Shown here piece after piece: positions 47,837 to 54,759 of a stretch of DNA of 54,759 nt. The position numbers were made by a program, and so were the translations under genes. The notes beneath the pieces were generated by a model. It searched no databases and was not told the origin of the DNA. It saw only the letters and a program-made list of their open reading frames with translations. The stretch is from a virus (taxonomy: Duplodnaviria > Caudoviricetes): positions 1 to 54,759 of IMG/VR virus record IMGVR_UViG_3300032083_000237. One strand, 5' to 3'. Numbering within the stretch: the first letter of the stretch is position 1; every line of letters starts with the position of its first letter.

Positions 47837-48245
47837 TCTCGCTGGAACTTGTTGAAGCTCTGGCTCCGATACGATTTCTTTCGAGGGTTTCCGCTTTTGC
47901 CGCCGCTTCTTTGTAGCGTTCAGCGTAATAGCGTTGCGTTGAAGCTTCTGCTTTACGTTTTCGTTCAAGTTTAACTCTCTTCATTAGACCTACGTGAGAG
48001 ATGTATCTACCTGACTTCTCACTCAACCAATTAGCTACATCTCTGTAGCTGTATTGCTTTAGATACTTCTTAGCTTCTTCTAAAGCTTCTAGCTCTACTG
48101 GGATTGGTAGCAGTATATCATCATCTTCAGGGTCTTGTCTATAGCCAAATGGTACAACTCTGCCTACTCTAACGACAGACAACCATTCATACTCACCATC
48201 CACTAGCTCTGGCTCAGGGAGCTTCCAAGTTTTATTAACTTTCAT
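47817..48245 (-). CDS. HTH-type DNA-binding protein in packaging module
   Basis: VPFGY...L.P...EL.AL...YSYR.VA.WL....GR.ISH.GL.KR. Confidence 0.75.
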   Translation of the reverse strand: MKVNKTWKLPEPELVDGEYEWLSVVRVGRVVPFGYRQDPEDDDILLPIPVELEALEEAKKYLKQYSYRDVANWLSEKSGRYISHVGLMKRVKLERKRKAEASTQRYYAERYKEAAAKAETLERNRIGARASTSSSESEARAD

Positions 48246-48594
48246 TTTTAGGTGGTAATATAAATACAGGGTTTTCAGCTTTGATTTCTACTTTATCTGT
48301 CTTTACAAAGCCAGCACGGTCAAGGAAATCTTTAGCTGCTGCCATCTTTTCTTTATTGCCAAGATCAGTGGGGTTAGTCATAACCTGCATCATTGAGAAT
48401 GCAGCTTTACTACCAGCAGTAGCAATAAACTTTTTAGTAAGTTCAGCAATTTCGTCCTGTAATGCAGCAGTGATAGTTGTAGAGGACATAGTATTAGCAT
48501 ACCCTGCAAGACGTTTAGCTTGCACAGGATCACCTTGTGCCTCTTCAAACAACACGTCAAGAAATAGTTGTTGTTTTTCTGTAAGTTTTCTCAT
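48235..48594 (-). CDS. Probable terminase small subunit
   Basis: LTEKQ..FL...A..LAGY...AA.D.LDR.G...ILPPK; two genes upstream of TerL. Confidence 0.7.
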   Translation of the reverse strand: MRKLTEKQQLFLDVLFEEAQGDPVQAKRLAGYANTMSSTTITAALQDEIAELTKKFIATAGSKAAFSMMQVMTNPTDLGNKEKMAAAKDFLDRAGFVKTDKVEIKAENPVFILPPKNES

Positions 48595-48884
48595 GTTACT
48601 TTCCTGTGGGGTTTTACCTTCTTTGCAACTTTCTTAGGTTGAGCCACAAACTGCTTACCCGCAGCCTTGCCTCTTCGTTTGGCACGGGTTGTAGCAGCAT
48701 ACTCAGAATCACTAAGAGATTTAATAGCTTTAGCAGGTAGGTATCTTTCGCCGGTAGCTTTAGCCCCCTGTGTCGAGGGTTTACCACTCTTGGTTCTCCA
48801 ATCTTGCTTAGTCCAAGACTTAAGACTTTTTTGACTTTTAGCCAACCCACCTGTATTCATTTTTTTAGGTTTACTTTTTGTCAT
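48591..48884 (-). CDS. Basic protein, C-terminal half of DUF5872-like family
   Basis: SQKSLK.WTKQDWRTKSGK...TGERYLP..AI..LS..EYAAT...K...GKQFV.QP; likely start ATG 48884. Confidence 0.7.
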   Translation of the reverse strand: MTKSKPKKMNTGGLAKSQKSLKSWTKQDWRTKSGKPSTQGAKATGERYLPAKAIKSLSDSEYAATTRAKRRGKAAGKQFVAQPKKVAKKVKPHRKVT

Positions 48885-49020
48885 GTTTTTTCTGTATAGC
48901 AAAATTAGCAGTAAGGCTTGCCCCCTTGTGAGGGACAAACTTACCGTCATGTTTCATTAGCTTTAAGCTACCATCTTTTTGTTTCATCCAATGGTAGCCT
49001 TTAGGTGCTTCTACTTTCAT
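48871..49020 (-). CDS. Small basic protein (49 aa, MKVEAPKGYHWMK...), not in ORF track
   Basis: ggagga RBS, TAATG overlap with the upstream stop, fills the gap. Confidence 0.7.
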   Translation of the reverse strand: MKVEAPKGYHWMKQKDGSLKLMKHDGKFVPHKGASLTANFAIQKKHDKK

Positions 49021-49259
49021 TACGTGTATCCTCCACCTTTTGCTTTGTATTGTTTGGCAACCATTTGAGCTTTACGAGCCGACCACTGGCCGGGGCTTCC
49101 TCCTTTGCCGCCAGCCTTAACGGATGCGACAAGACGCTTACGCATAGTAGGCTTAGTATAATTACCCGCCGCATTTACAGTTGAACCACCTTTAGCATAC
49201 CCTCTTGGCTTTGCTTTAGGTGTAGTCTTTACCGTAGAACTTTTCTTTAATTTCGCCAC
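49020..49259 (-). CDS. Basic protein, N-terminal half of DUF5872-like family
   Basis: NYTKP.MRKRL...KAG.KGG.PGQWSARKAQM.AK.YK.KGGGY; GTG start with aggag. Confidence 0.75.
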   Translation of the reverse strand: MAKLKKSSTVKTTPKAKPRGYAKGGSTVNAAGNYTKPTMRKRLVASVKAGGKGGSPGQWSARKAQMVAKQYKAKGGGYT

Positions 49260-49368
49260 GTGTTACTCCTATATCTTTAAGAGCAGAGTCTGACATATTA
49301 ACTAACTGCCAGTATTGTACTCTACGCATTTGGTGATCTTGTAGTGCTTTAATGAATTGTTTAAACAT
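49216..49368 (-). CDS. DUF1127 (YjiS-like) small protein (50 aa), not in ORF track
   Basis: aggag RBS; RR....QL.NMSDSALKDIGVTRGEI matches the DUF1127 L..(L/M)SD..L.DIG+.R.+I signature. Confidence 0.8.
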   Translation of the reverse strand: MFKQFIKALQDHQMRRVQYWQLVNMSDSALKDIGVTRGEIKEKFYGKDYT

Positions 49369-49409
49369 GGTATATCTCCTTTTGACCAGAGACAGTTATA
49401 CCACAAGTT

Positions 49410-49438
49410 AGTGTATCATACTACATACAAGATTGCAA
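49410..49438 (-). promoter_or_regulatory. Possible promoter for the DUF1127 gene
   Basis: Minus strand TTGCAA-N17-TACACT, followed closely by GTATAACT. Confidence 0.4.
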
Positions 49439-49443
49439 ACCCG

Positions 49444-49773
49444 TTATGCATTTTTCTTCTTAAGGTTATCCACTTGAGATTTGACCATGCCACCCATGTT
49501 GTAAGTTATGACATTCTTTTTCTTCATAGGTTCTCTATTAATAATAGAATCTTTAGCTGGATAGCTTGCAGTTACAGAAGTGTTGACTGAACCGGGATTA
49601 GACTGCATACCACCCTTAGCATAACCTTTAGTTTTCTTTTTGGTCATACCACCTTTATTCATTTTGCCAATACCATCAGCAGCATAGGCTGGTACTTTCT
49701 TGCCATTTTTCATAACCATAGGCATTGATCCGCCTTTGTTATAACCTTTAGTTTTCTTTTTTGTCCCGTACAT
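49444..49773 (-). CDS. Lys/Met-rich protein with four (Y/M)(N/A)xGG motifs
   Basis: GYNKGG, KMNKGG, GYAKGG, TYNMGG; aagga RBS. Confidence 0.75.
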   Translation of the reverse strand: MYGTKKKTKGYNKGGSMPMVMKNGKKVPAYAADGIGKMNKGGMTKKKTKGYAKGGMQSNPGSVNTSVTASYPAKDSIINREPMKKKNVITYNMGGMVKSQVDNLKKKNA

Positions 49774-49774
49774 T

Positions 49775-50482
49775 TTATTTTCCTTTAGTTATTCTTTTTA
49801 TAGCTGCACTTAAAGTTAATCCTTCTTTTCTAATTAATTTACCTACATCTAATTTTTGTTTACTTGTTAGAGCATAAAAAACTTTTAAAGTAGGATTGCT
49901 TGCTTGTTGTTGCCTTAAAGTAAAATTACGATTTAGATTTTTTTCACTACGATTATCTTGTTTTACTGTTTCTACAGTAGCTTTACCAGTTGTAGAAAGT
50001 TCACCAGCTTTACGAGAGGTATCTACCTTGGATCTTAAATGTTGTTTACCTGATCCTACTTTTTCTGTTGCACGGGCTACTGTTTTAGGTTTTGAAAGAT
50101 TTTTACCTTTAGCATTTAGATAGGCTGTTAAAGCTTTACCTTTGTAAAGACCTTTATTTTTTTCTTTCCAAGCATTTAATTCTTGTTTAGTTACATCAGC
50201 AAGTTTAGTATTTTTTACTATTCTTTTACCTGTTGCTTTACGTTTTAAATACCCCGGTGTACTATCAGTAGTTTTAGTAGGAGCTGCAGAATTAAATTCT
50301 GCTTTAAACTCCTTCATTAAACCTTGTTTAGTTTCACCCTTTTTTAAAACAGTTTTTTTACCTCCATCAACTTTGCTGGTAAAAGTAAAGTTTTTTTCAG
50401 TGGGATTTATTCTAAAAGCAGCTCTTGCTTCTCTAAACTCTCTATTAAATGTCTTTCTTTTTTCTGACGCTTTTTTTGTCAT
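49775..50482 (-). CDS. Highly basic hypothetical protein (235 aa)
   Basis: Lys/Thr-rich, AT-rich coding sequence, in-line. Confidence 0.7.
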   Translation of the reverse strand: MTKKASEKRKTFNREFREARAAFRINPTEKNFTFTSKVDGGKKTVLKKGETKQGLMKEFKAEFNSAAPTKTTDSTPGYLKRKATGKRIVKNTKLADVTKQELNAWKEKNKGLYKGKALTAYLNAKGKNLSKPKTVARATEKVGSGKQHLRSKVDTSRKAGELSTTGKATVETVKQDNRSEKNLNRNFTLRQQQASNPTLKVFYALTSKQKLDVGKLIRKEGLTLSAAIKRITKGK

Positions 50483-50505
50483 AACTCTATGCCTTTATAT
50501 CTATT

Positions 50506-50799
50506 CTACCACTTGACTTTGTGGGACCAGTATTTTGCTGACAGTTTGCTCGTCGGTTTCCCTTGTGCATTATGTCTTGCGTAGTAACTTTTTTTACGGG
50601 CTTTATCCTTCGCAGTCTTGGGGGCTTTACCCGCACCTTTAACGCCCTGCTGCCCAAATCTGATAAATTTATAGGTATCCCCTTCCTTAGCCATAACACA
50701 ATGAGACTTAGTTTTGTGACTAGGAGTTCTCTTTGGAACATTGACCTTAGTCAGTCCTTCCTCCTTCATCTTAGTCTTGACTCGTTCAGGGATAGCCAT
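50506..50799 (-). CDS. Conserved basic hypothetical protein
   Basis: PKRTP.H..KSH.V.AK.G...K.IRFGQQG...R.KS..ARH...K.SA.YWS.KVKW; aagga RBS. Confidence 0.8.
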   Translation of the reverse strand: MAIPERVKTKMKEEGLTKVNVPKRTPSHKTKSHCVMAKEGDTYKFIRFGQQGVKGAGKAPKTAKDKARKKSYYARHNAQGKPTSKLSAKYWSHKVKW

Positions 50800-50881
50800 A
50801 GTGAATCCTTATAAATATTGGGGGAAACACCGGCGCTGGCTTAACCCCCAATTAAAATATTTAAGTATTTAAATATGCGCC

Positions 50882-51184
50882 TTACGATAAAACCACACGT
50901 ACTAATGTACTTGTACTACTGCCACGTCTATAGTTTAGGATAGTAGCATTGCCTATAGCTTTAGGTACTACAAGAGAATGTACACCAGCAGGAAGCATAA
51001 TATCATTATCAGTAATATCAGCCTCTGCTGCTGCAAACCCAATGTCTAAAGCATGACTTGTTTCAATAAGCACCATCTTAGCGTCAGTGCAAACTACGTG
51101 TGTAGTAGCAGTATCACCTAGAGTAACTGCGTCTTCTACAGCCCACCCTAAGTGTTCTCCTACTAATGCTGCTTGATCAACCAT
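50882..51184 (-). CDS. Hypothetical (possible minor structural) protein
   Basis: ggggga RBS; beta-rich. Confidence 0.7.
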   Translation of the reverse strand: MVDQAALVGEHLGWAVEDAVTLGDTATTHVVCTDAKMVLIETSHALDIGFAAAEADITDNDIMLPAGVHSLVVPKAIGNATILNYRRGSSTSTLVRVVLS

Positions 51185-51196
51185 TAGTTATCCCCC

Positions 51197-51826
51197 TTAG
51201 AATACTGTGTATTCAACCATAACAGTAAAACGTCCTGCTTGGAAGCTGTCGGAGTTAATAGTAGTTGTAGTACAAGCGTACAAATTAATCAGTGTACTTG
51301 CTACAGCAATGTTGGGTTCAAACACGTGAACTGCTGCTGAGTTAAAGTTAATATCAACTTCAGTAACTGCATCAGTAGCAGAGATACGAGGGTTAAAAGA
51401 TGCAACACCAGCACCAACAATCTCTGTACCAGAAGTAAGTGCGGCGTTAGTAGCTGTACCTGCAGTAGCACTAAGTTGTAGATTACCTACGTGTGTGCCA
51501 CCAGAAGCAGTAGTAACAAGTACCTTTACTTTATCAATAAAGATTTTACTTGCAGTTACAATACCCATTGCTGAGTCTGCAATAGTTACATCTAATGCAC
51601 CAAGCTCAACCATGTTGTCATTGTCAGCGTATGTAGTAGTGCCACCGTTAGTAGCAGCTAAAGAACCAGCAAAGACTTGAAACTTCTTACAGCCGATTGT
51701 GTTAAGTGCAGAGTTAGCAGATACATCGCCTGATACAGTTGCAGTACCAGTAATGTCAATGCCATCACCAAATGTAATAGTTGATTCGTATTCTTCAATA
51801 CCTTGTGTGAGTGTAGTTGTTGCCAT
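51197..51826 (-). CDS. Putative structural protein (beta-rich, Thr/Ala-rich)
   Basis: aagga RBS; ends AGRFTVMVEY like jelly-roll decoration proteins. Confidence 0.7.
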   Translation of the reverse strand: MATTTLTQGIEEYESTITFGDGIDITGTATVSGDVSANSALNTIGCKKFQVFAGSLAATNGGTTTYADNDNMVELGALDVTIADSAMGIVTASKIFIDKVKVLVTTASGGTHVGNLQLSATAGTATNAALTSGTEIVGAGVASFNPRISATDAVTEVDINFNSAAVHVFEPNIAVASTLINLYACTTTTINSDSFQAGRFTVMVEYTVF

Positions 51827-51880
51827 GATTAATATCCTTTCGTGGTATTACCACTTTGTTGGCTCATTGTGGGTATGCCA

Positions 51881-52072
51881 CTATTTTATATTTATTTTCT
51901 TAGGAACGCAATAGGCAATTGCACGATCTTCTAGTGCTATGCCATGTGTACTGTATCGTCTTACTACTTCTCTAGCGTAGTAGTTGCAATGTTCTATGTT
52001 ATCAAAGACCATCTCGTATTCTATAAGCTCTCTATCTATGCCAAGATAGATTAAGAGAACGAAGGTAAACAT
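51881..52072 (-). CDS. Small hypothetical protein
   Basis: TAATG overlap with endolysin stop; hydrophobic N-terminus, F.....C...A...YC.P. Confidence 0.65.
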   Translation of the reverse strand: MFTFVLLIYLGIDRELIEYEMVFDNIEHCNYYAREVVRRYSTHGIALEDRAIAYCVPKKINIK

Positions 52073-52524
52073 TACATCATTTCAAAGTGTGGTGCATCAA
52101 TGAACGGTCTGCGACCTTGAGAACGACGAAGGTCTACATAGTCATTCATTGCATCTTCCATAGAACCCTCATAAGAAGCAATGTCACCTACACTCCATGC
52201 AGCTCCCCACTTAATAGCTACACCTTTCTTACGTGCAGCTTCAGCCATAGCATCAGCCAGCTCATCATATTTATTTAATGCCCATGTAATATTAGGACCA
52301 ATGTAGGCCACTAGGTCTACTGCACGTCCCTCTAGGTGTTTACTCTTCATGGTCTGACTAGCACCACTAGCCACAAGCTTCTCTTGTTCTTCTACGGTAC
52401 GCATACCACAGGTAACACCAAAGTCTACTTTAGTGCGTTTAATAGCTTCATTCACTACTTGTACTAGCTGGGGGTTTACTCCCTCTAGTCTACCTTTACT
52501 ACGATTAGATAGTTGAAACGTCAT
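52072..52524 (-). CDS. Endolysin, M15 family L-Ala-D-Glu peptidase (T5 lys-like)
   Basis: LS.RS..RL.GV.P.L, DF.VT.G.RT..EQ, SKHL.G.AVD, WG..W, D.PHFE. Confidence 0.9.
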   Translation of the reverse strand: MTFQLSNRSKGRLEGVNPQLVQVVNEAIKRTKVDFGVTCGMRTVEEQEKLVASGASQTMKSKHLEGRAVDLVAYIGPNITWALNKYDELADAMAEAARKKGVAIKWGAAWSVGDIASYEGSMEDAMNDYVDLRRSQGRRPFIDAPHFEMM

Positions 52525-52645
52525 TACTTCTCTCCGCTATGAGCTTTGCTTGCTCTCGTATTAACTCTTGTTGTTTTTCTAATGCAATAAACTGCTTATC
52601 CAACTCAGATAGTTGAGGGATAGGTATTACGTTATTTTTTTCCAA
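52505..52645 (-). CDS. Possible small coiled-coil protein (46 aa, TTG start), not in ORF track
   Basis: Open frame filling the holin-endolysin gap (NNVIPIPQLSELDKQFIALEKQQELIREQAK...); start codon weak. Confidence 0.35.
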   Translation of the reverse strand: MEKNNVIPIPQLSELDKQFIALEKQQELIREQAKLIAERSNDVSTI

Positions 52646-52985
52646 AGAACTTACTCACTGAACGCATACCAATACTAGCTGATACAATTCCACCAAGAGC
52701 AATCTGATACCACTGAGGCATTACTTCAAGTGAGGCAAAGCCTTGGGCTACTATATCATTTCCCCATTCACCACAGAAGGCTAGGATAAGGGGAATAGAA
52801 AACAATAAAGTAATCCATTCGTCTTTCCATGAGTTCTCGGTAGCTCTCATTGCTTCCAAGTCCCAGTCAATCTCTCCTGTAAGCTGCTTCTTCTTAATCT
52901 CAGCTTCAGTAAGTTTGATCTGGGTCTTACCATCTATGATAGAAGTAGCTAATCCTGTTAGACTTCCTATAAGTTGACCAATCAT
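52632..52985 (-). CDS. Holin-like membrane protein
   Basis: SWKDEW followed by two TM segments and P.WY....G+V.AS.G.R; upstream of the endolysin. Confidence 0.65.
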   Translation of the reverse strand: MIGQLIGSLTGLATSIIDGKTQIKLTEAEIKKKQLTGEIDWDLEAMRATENSWKDEWITLLFSIPLILAFCGEWGNDIVAQGFASLEVMPQWYQIALGGIVSASIGMRSVSKFFGKK

Positions 52986-53290
52986 TTAAACATCCCAGTT
53001 TTTCTGTAGTCTATTAGACCACCTTTATTAAAATTGTTTTTTCTTTTAATAGTACTAGGAAAAAGTAAACGTAGAGCAGATTTAACTTTAGGATTAAGGT
53101 TTTTATTTGTGCCTAAAAATTTATCTAAAGCTTCTTTAGTTCTTATTCCTATTTCTTTCATAGCAGAAATTCGTAGATTTTGTTGTTCGTTAAAAATTTT
53201 ATCATCACTTGAAATCTTACCATGTTTTTTATCAAGTTCCCCTAATTTTTTTAATTTATTCATAACACCTTTGGGTAATTCTTCAGCCAT
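52982..53290 (-). CDS. Basic hypothetical protein with C-terminal FNKGG motif
   Basis: ATG 53290 with ggag RBS; ends NNFNKGGLIDYRKTGMFK. Confidence 0.7.
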   Translation of the reverse strand: MAEELPKGVMNKLKKLGELDKKHGKISSDDKIFNEQQNLRISAMKEIGIRTKEALDKFLGTNKNLNPKVKSALRLLFPSTIKRKNNFNKGGLIDYRKTGMFK

Positions 53291-53489
53291 TTTTATACTT
53301 CTCCGTATATGCTTCTTCAAAGCCCTCTTCATGAACACAGTTCTCATGATTGCCCCAGAGTCTTTGGAAGTAAGTGTCATGTACTTCTAGGTAGTCCTGC
53401 TCACTGTATTCATCAGGAGCTAATCTACCTTTGATAATCCACATAAACCTATTTACTTCTTTATGGATAGGACTATTAGTGTTTCTCAT
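53283..53489 (-). CDS. Hypothetical protein
   Basis: In-line ORF overlapping both neighbours; start probably ATG 53489. Confidence 0.6.
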   Translation of the reverse strand: MRNTNSPIHKEVNRFMWIIKGRLAPDEYSEQDYLEVHDTYFQRLWGNHENCVHEEGFEEAYTEKYKNG

Positions 53490-53691
53490 TGCCAAGCCAT
53501 ACAGCAAAGCATCCTGTTAAGGCTCCCATACAGATAGACACTAGGCCTGACTGCTGTATGGAAGGATCTGGTAGGGTCATGAACCAATGAACTGCTTGGT
53601 AGGTTAAGACAGTCACTGCAAGCATCATAATGCGTGGCATAATCTGCCACTTAAGTACACGTTCCATGATAATCTCTGGCATTATTCCCAA
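53476..53691 (-). CDS. Small two-TM membrane protein
   Basis: W.IMPR.MM...WFM.LP.P...Q.GLVS...GA.TG.FAVWLG.E. Confidence 0.75.
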   Translation of the reverse strand: MGIMPEIIMERVLKWQIMPRIMMLAVTVLTYQAVHWFMTLPDPSIQQSGLVSICMGALTGCFAVWLGNEKH

Positions 53692-53933
53692 TCCCTTTTT
53701 GTTCGTGGTTGAAATACGTCTTTGGCCTCAAGATGACCCTCTAGATACATGGCTCTTTCAACATGATCTAAAGAATACTTGACGCCAGTGTCTTGAAATA
53801 TTGCTTCTCTGATGTAGAAGACGTCAGACCTTGGGATGTGTACTCTTTGTAGTCTCCCTTCGTCCTCGTCAGCTAGTGCTAGATAAAATTCTTCTAGTAC
53901 ATTATCGCTAATGTACATTTTCGGCTTGGACAT
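53682..53933 (-). CDS. Hypothetical protein, first gene of the late arm (probably leaderless)
   Basis: ATG lies 6 nt downstream of the promoter -10 element with no room for an RBS. Confidence 0.75.
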   Translation of the reverse strand: MSKPKMYISDNVLEEFYLALADEDEGRLQRVHIPRSDVFYIREAIFQDTGVKYSLDHVERAMYLEGHLEAKDVFQPRTKRDWE

Positions 53934-53935
53934 GA

Positions 53936-53967
53936 CTAGTTATACCTATAAAATTCTCTATGTCAAG
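53936..53967 (-). promoter_or_regulatory. Promoter CTTGAC-N16-GTATAACTAG
   Basis: Minus strand cttgac atagagaattttatag gtataactag. Confidence 0.75.
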
Positions 53968-54000
53968 AGAGAACGACAAAGAATCTAAGAAAAATTCTTA

Positions 54001-54113
54001 CATGGTACTTAAAGTATACTTAAAGTATTATTATTTCTTTATATATATAAGTAATAATAGACTTTAAGTGTACTTTAAGTTACTCTAAGTACTCTAGTTA
54101 CTTAAAGTTATAC
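54001..54113 (-). repeat. ACTTAAAG iteron array with AT-rich palindromic core (copy B; origin-like)
   Basis: tacttaaag x2, core tattattatttctttatatatataagtaataata, ctttaagt x2 plus degenerate copies; minus strand aligns with 6521..6595. Confidence 0.6.
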
Positions 54114-54116
54114 TTA

Positions 54117-54145
54117 ATTATATCACATTTTGTGCAGATGTCAAG
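54117..54145 (-). promoter_or_regulatory. Promoter cTTGACA-N16-TATAAT firing into iteron copy B
   Basis: Minus strand cttgaca tctgcacaaaatgtga tataat. Confidence 0.7.
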
Positions 54146-54422
54146 AGAAATCTTTAAGTTTTTACTATTACTTATTGAACAGGTGTTCAATTAATACTTA
54201 AAGCGTTCTTAACGGCGAGGGTCGGGTATTATCTTCGGGTAGAATACCCTCTGAGAGGCTGTGAGTGGCTCTCTAAGGGGTCATCTCGTAGATTCATGGG
54301 GGTAGGCCTACCGTAGGCATGGAGATGGCTCTGTGAGGCTGGATTATGATTAACATTATGTATAGGGATTATGTATATGTCCATAGGTATAACGTATGTG
54401 TGGGGGTTAAAGTATTGGTTCA

Positions 54423-54759
54423 TGTAGTTACCAAGTGTATTTGACCCCCCGCTGTCATTGGGTGTATACGTATACGGACACCCCCCGTATGGCCCATGCC
54501 CCCCATGCTGTATACAACGGTATACACAAGGTTTTCCTCAGTTAATGTGACACTTTAAGCTGTAACTCCTTGATATCATTGTGTTTTCTATACAATGTAG
54601 GATTATTCAGTACACATAATCGGGATTTTTCCTTGTGTTTTCAGGGGGTTACTGTTTGTGAGTAAGGCCATGCACTATACACTACCCATAATAACATTAT
54701 GTCTGCACATATACACCCACCCCATTATATGTCTTATACATTATCTCTTATACATTATC
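54423..54759. repeat. Right direct terminal repeat (337 bp)
   Basis: Copy of 1..337 with 7 substitutions. Confidence 0.93.

Noticed and set aside
47837-47968. N-terminal extension of TerL from ATG 47968
   Set aside because: Overlaps the upstream gene by ~150 bp with low-complexity basic sequence; a later start is more plausible but not proven.
54229-54423. 64-aa minus-strand ORF next to the right terminal repeat
   Set aside because: No RBS or motif, upstream of the late promoters in a hairpin/repeat-rich region; likely non-coding.

Overview
The window appears to be a complete ~54.4-kb dsDNA phage genome bounded by 337-bp imperfect direct terminal repeats (1..337 and 54423..54759). It has two arms that converge at ~18580. 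The + strand carries a structured non-coding leader, small early genes, a Cys-rich protein/M20-M28 peptidase pair, a tyrosine recombinase, a half-size Na+/Pi cotransporter, ThyX, T7-like primase-helicase, family A DNA polymerase, SSB, exonuclease, resolvase, MazG and a class II (B12-dependent) ribonucleotide reductase. The - strand carries lysis genes, a cluster of small basic proteins, terminase, portal, a large polyvalent-type protein, scaffold, major capsid, podovirus tail/fibre genes and internal virion proteins. No phage RNA polymerase is present; transcription appears to use repeated CTTGAC-N16-GTATAAC host-type promoters. Gene content suggests a marine podovirus of an alphaproteobacterial (roseobacter-like) host (inference). 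Top leads: (1) a recurring (Y/F/M/A)(A/N)xGG peptide motif in at least six late proteins, with a candidate partner domain (DDIPARLSEGEYVVPA), possibly a capsid-loading or processing tag system; (2) three <60-aa ORFs absent from the ORF track that resemble ArfA, RMF and DUF1127 ribosome/RNA regulators; (3) two homologous, oppositely oriented promoter+iteron+AT-core elements bracketing the early region; (4) a tRNA-like RNA and a family of RNase III-like hairpins in the early region. All family assignments are from motif recognition by eye; no database search was run.
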